This document shows positions 61,154 through 64,000 of a DNA stretch of 64,000 nt, in pieces. The notes beneath the pieces are model-generated. The model searched no databases. It was not told where the DNA came from and worked only from the letters and a program-made list of their open reading frames with translations. The stretch's first letter is position 1. Each line of letters begins with the position of its first letter. Source of the stretch: Longimicrobiales bacterium (lineage in GTDB: Bacteria; Gemmatimonadota; Gemmatimonadetes; Longimicrobiales; Gaopeijiaceae). The position numbers were made by a program, and so were the translations under genes. The stretch spans positions 384,001 through 448,000 of the forward strand of contig CBDCNQ010000002.1 in NCBI GenBank assembly GCA_965219445.1. Direction: 5' to 3'.

Positions 61154-61258
61154 CTCGCGTCTTCATACGGATGCATCGTTATAGATCGCCTCCGTCCCCG
61201 GTTTCGGTGGTGATCCCGAACGCGGATGCGGTTCGGAATTCAGCGTTGGGGTTGGTAG

Positions 61259-63325
61259 ATGGTGCAGAAAATCAGGCGTATGGGCAGGCTCGCCCGTTCG
61301 ATCGTCTTCCTCTCCTGCAGCTATGTAGCGGCGTGCGGTGATCCCGTGGCGAACACGCCTGATCCGCCTCACATCACGGGTGTGTCCCCGAGTCCGATGG
61401 TGGAGGGCCAGACCGCCACACTGACGGGAACCAACTTCTCGGCGAATACGGTTTCGAACACCGTCACGATCGATAATGTGACCCTGGCGGTGACCGCCGC
61501 TTCCGAGACCTCCCTCACCGTCACCATACCAGAGGGGTGCGGCCCGCTCCGTATCGCGAGTCTTCAGGTGACGATTGGGGGCATGGCCGGTAATGCCTTT
61601 AATGCTGCAGTAGCGCCGGATCCGGGTGCGGACATCCGAGACGTCTCGCTCGCTGTGGGTGAGCAAGTCGTCTACCGTCAGCCGAGGCACTGCTTTGGCC
61701 TTCCCACCAATGGTGGGACGGCACAATACCTTGTCGGTGTCCAGTCCACGGGTCGGAACGGCAGCGTTACGAGGCAGGTTGTCGTGGGGGGGAGCGCTGT
61801 CGGGGCTGCACTCGCCGGGCCGGCAACGCACGTAGCCGCTGCCCTAACGGCCCCAAACGTCCCCCCTCGGCGTAGCCCGCTATGGGGGAATCTAGGGTCA
61901 AGCCCGGTCTCCCGGCTGATCCAGGGCCACCGGAAGGGGCACAACGCCCTCATGGCCGATCTCGTTCGGCCAGTACGGAGTCCCGCAGTCCGCTCTGCAG
62001 CGCTTTCTCCGCAGCGGGCCCCTGCTCGTGTCGTTGTGGACGGAACCGAGAATGTCGGGGACCAGCTGGATCTTCGCGTGCGCGGGCTCAGCGGCGATTG
62101 CTCGGCTGAGAACACTACGACCGTTACCGCGGAATTGAGAGTCAAAACGCCTGGATCCATGTGGTGGGTCGATGTGAGCAACCCCGCCAGCGGACTCACG
62201 GACACCGACCTACAGGACATGGGCACACTCTTCGACGACTTCATCTTGGCCGCTGAGGTCGCCGAATTCGGGGCTGTGGGGGACCTCGATGGGAACGGGC
62301 GTGTGGCCATTCTCCTTACGCAAGAGGTGAATGCGGACACGACCGCCGGAGGACAAACGCTCGGCTTCGTAAATCCCTGCGATTTAGTTCTCAGGGACGA
62401 GCCAGCGGGGCTGTTCGCCAGCAACGAGGGCGAGTTCTTCTACGCGATAGCGCCCGATCCCACCGGCGCCGTGGGTGTCACACTGACCGCGACGGATTTG
62501 TTGGACATCCTACCGATCATCGTTGCCCATGAGTTCGCGCACATCATTCAATTCAGTCGTAGGATCGCTTCGCCCACCGCTCTGGACCTCATGGCTCCGT
62601 TTATGATGGAGGGACAGGCGACGCTCGCCGAAGAGATCGTCGGCCATGCGGTGAACGGGAACACCCCTGGGCAAAATTTCGATGAGGCGGTGGCGTACAA
62701 TACGGGCAGCACGCAAGTGCATACTTTGTATGCCGCCCCGTTCTCGGATCTCGTGTTCTACTACGGCTGGCCGGGGTCACAGGACACTCCCAGGGTCGAC
62801 GGTACGCCGCACGAGTGTACGTGGATCGAGGCTGAGGTGGAGCACCCGTGTGGTGGCCGTCCGCTGTGGTATGGTGTGACTTGGTCGTTCCTCCGTTGGG
62901 CCTCGGATCTGTACGGTCCTGCGCTCGGTGGGGAGGCCGCTTTCCAGACGGCGTTGATCGACGGCGATCTGTCCGGTTTTGACAACCTAGAACAGGCCCT
63001 GGCCGGCCAAGGGACGCTCGAAGATCATCTCGCCCGATGGGCCGCCATGTTGTACATGGATGGTCGCCCCGGGGCGAGCCCTGAGAACTCCATGTCCAGT
63101 TGGGACATGCTCAGCTTCGCGCTGGGCCTCGCGGACACGGCGTGGCTGCACCCCGTCGAACACCCGTTCGCCGATTTTTCCGAGACCGTGACCCTCCGCG
63201 ACCCTTCGACGGCGTATTTCCTCGTCGGCGGATCCGGCGCGTCGTCGCACACCCTGCGGGTCAGCGGCCCGTCAGGTGGCGACCTGGGGTCGGACGTTCA
63301 GGTCTGGTTGGTGCGAACTCAGTAG
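61259..63325 (+). CDS. lipoprotein with IPT/TIG domain and zincin-like HExxH peptidase domain
   Basis: Lipobox VAAC; PHITGVSP...LTGTNF; AHEFAHII...EGQA. Confidence 0.7.
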   Translation: MVQKIRRMGRLARSIVFLSCSYVAACGDPVANTPDPPHITGVSPSPMVEGQTATLTGTNFSANTVSNTVTIDNVTLAVTAASETSLTVTIPEGCGPLRIASLQVTIGGMAGNAFNAAVAPDPGADIRDVSLAVGEQVVYRQPRHCFGLPTNGGTAQYLVGVQSTGRNGSVTRQVVVGGSAVGAALAGPATHVAAALTAPNVPPRRSPLWGNLGSSPVSRLIQGHRKGHNALMADLVRPVRSPAVRSAALSPQRAPARVVVDGTENVGDQLDLRVRGLSGDCSAENTTTVTAELRVKTPGSMWWVDVSNPASGLTDTDLQDMGTLFDDFILAAEVAEFGAVGDLDGNGRVAILLTQEVNADTTAGGQTLGFVNPCDLVLRDEPAGLFASNEGEFFYAIAPDPTGAVGVTLTATDLLDILPIIVAHEFAHIIQFSRRIASPTALDLMAPFMMEGQATLAEEIVGHAVNGNTPGQNFDEAVAYNTGSTQVHTLYAAPFSDLVFYYGWPGSQDTPRVDGTPHECTWIEAEVEHPCGGRPLWYGVTWSFLRWASDLYGPALGGEAAFQTALIDGDLSGFDNLEQALAGQGTLEDHLARWAAMLYMDGRPGASPENSMSSWDMLSFALGLADTAWLHPVEHPFADFSETVTLRDPSTAYFLVGGSGASSHTLRVSGPSGGDLGSDVQVWLVRTQ

Positions 63326-63363
63326 CTCACCTCTTGCGGGACACTACACTGGGCCGGGCCGGA

Positions 63364-64000
63364 CTAGCCTTTCGGGTCGAACACCGTGCCCCCGGCCCCC
63401 TGGTAGCGGTACCGAATGGTCATGCAGCCGGCCTGGGCGGTCGGGCAGTAATAGCTCAGAATCTGGAATGCCGCATACCGTCCGTCGGCAGTCCGAACCC
63501 CAAAAATATTGGGTTTCGGACTCAGGACATGGCTGGTCCAGCTGTATTCGTACCACTCGGCCGTTACCGCGTTAGTCACCTCGCGGCCAGGCGCGTTCGG
63601 GGCGTACCCCGTCGTCGGAAGGGTCGTCAGGGAGTCGAGCGAGGTGGGGCCGAGATCGAGAATCCCTCCCTGCCCCGCGAAGTCCGGCCCCCCGTTCGCG
63701 AGGATCGTGAATCTTCGGAACGCCAAGTCCCATCCGAGAGGGTCCGGGGAAGTGACCACCGAGCCGCTGGAGAAGTCGAAGAGCATGAGCTCGCTGCCCC
63801 TTCCGTCCACGGTGATGACCGATGGTCCAACGAGCCGGTCTCCGACCTCCTGGGGATTCACGACGGACACCGGATAAAAGGTCAGCGGCGTGGGCCGCCG
63901 CAGGCTCGATATCACGAATATCACGGCCACGATCACGAGGAGACCGATGATCACGATCGCCGTCCGAGACGGACCACGCGAGGCCCGGGTCCGAGCTCGG
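63364..64000 (-). CDS. HmuY-family protein, 5' end may lie beyond the window
   Basis: WDLAFRRF.I..NGG, WY.Y....H.L.PK, VRTADGRYA.FQILSYY. Confidence 0.75.
   Translation of the reverse strand, partial: RARTRASRGPSRTAIVIIGLLVIVAVIFVISSLRRPTPLTFYPVSVVNPQEVGDRLVGPSVITVDGRGSELMLFDFSSGSVVTSPDPLGWDLAFRRFTILANGGPDFAGQGGILDLGPTSLDSLTTLPTTGYAPNAPGREVTNAVTAEWYEYSWTSHVLSPKPNIFGVRTADGRYAAFQILSYYCPTAQAGCMTIRYRYQGAGGTVFDPKG

Overview
GC-rich bacterial chromosome segment, probably Gemmatimonadota (inferred from protein families and gene order), containing a dif-like site at 56301-56328. Bases 1-15.6 kb hold an integron. The intI gene (14571-15566, minus) points toward, and is co-oriented with, a minus-strand cassette array (four toxin-antitoxin cassettes, an esterase, a small membrane-anchored protein). 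Four of its five attC sites are split at the same TG dinucleotide by an IS110/IS1111-type element, and every copy of that element has in turn been hit by IS3-family elements. The non-coding 3' end of the one complete IS1111 copy (8594-9049) reads like a bridge/seek RNA with three guide loops: one matching the invaded attC sites, one matching a variant attC, and one matching the element's own circle junction. An unrelated IS110 (32897-34487) sits inside the terminal inverted repeat of an IS256 element and carries guides matching that repeat. 15.8-36.4 kb is an accessory mosaic: a PaoABC-like molybdoenzyme operon, an orphan attC remnant, tRNA-derived att scars, kinase gene debris and secreted proteins. 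36.8-64 kb is mostly core genome (kdsB-pyrG-kdsA-kdsC-lptCAB-rpoN, surface glycosylation genes, rlpA, cobB and others). All calls were made by eye; no searches or folding programs were run.
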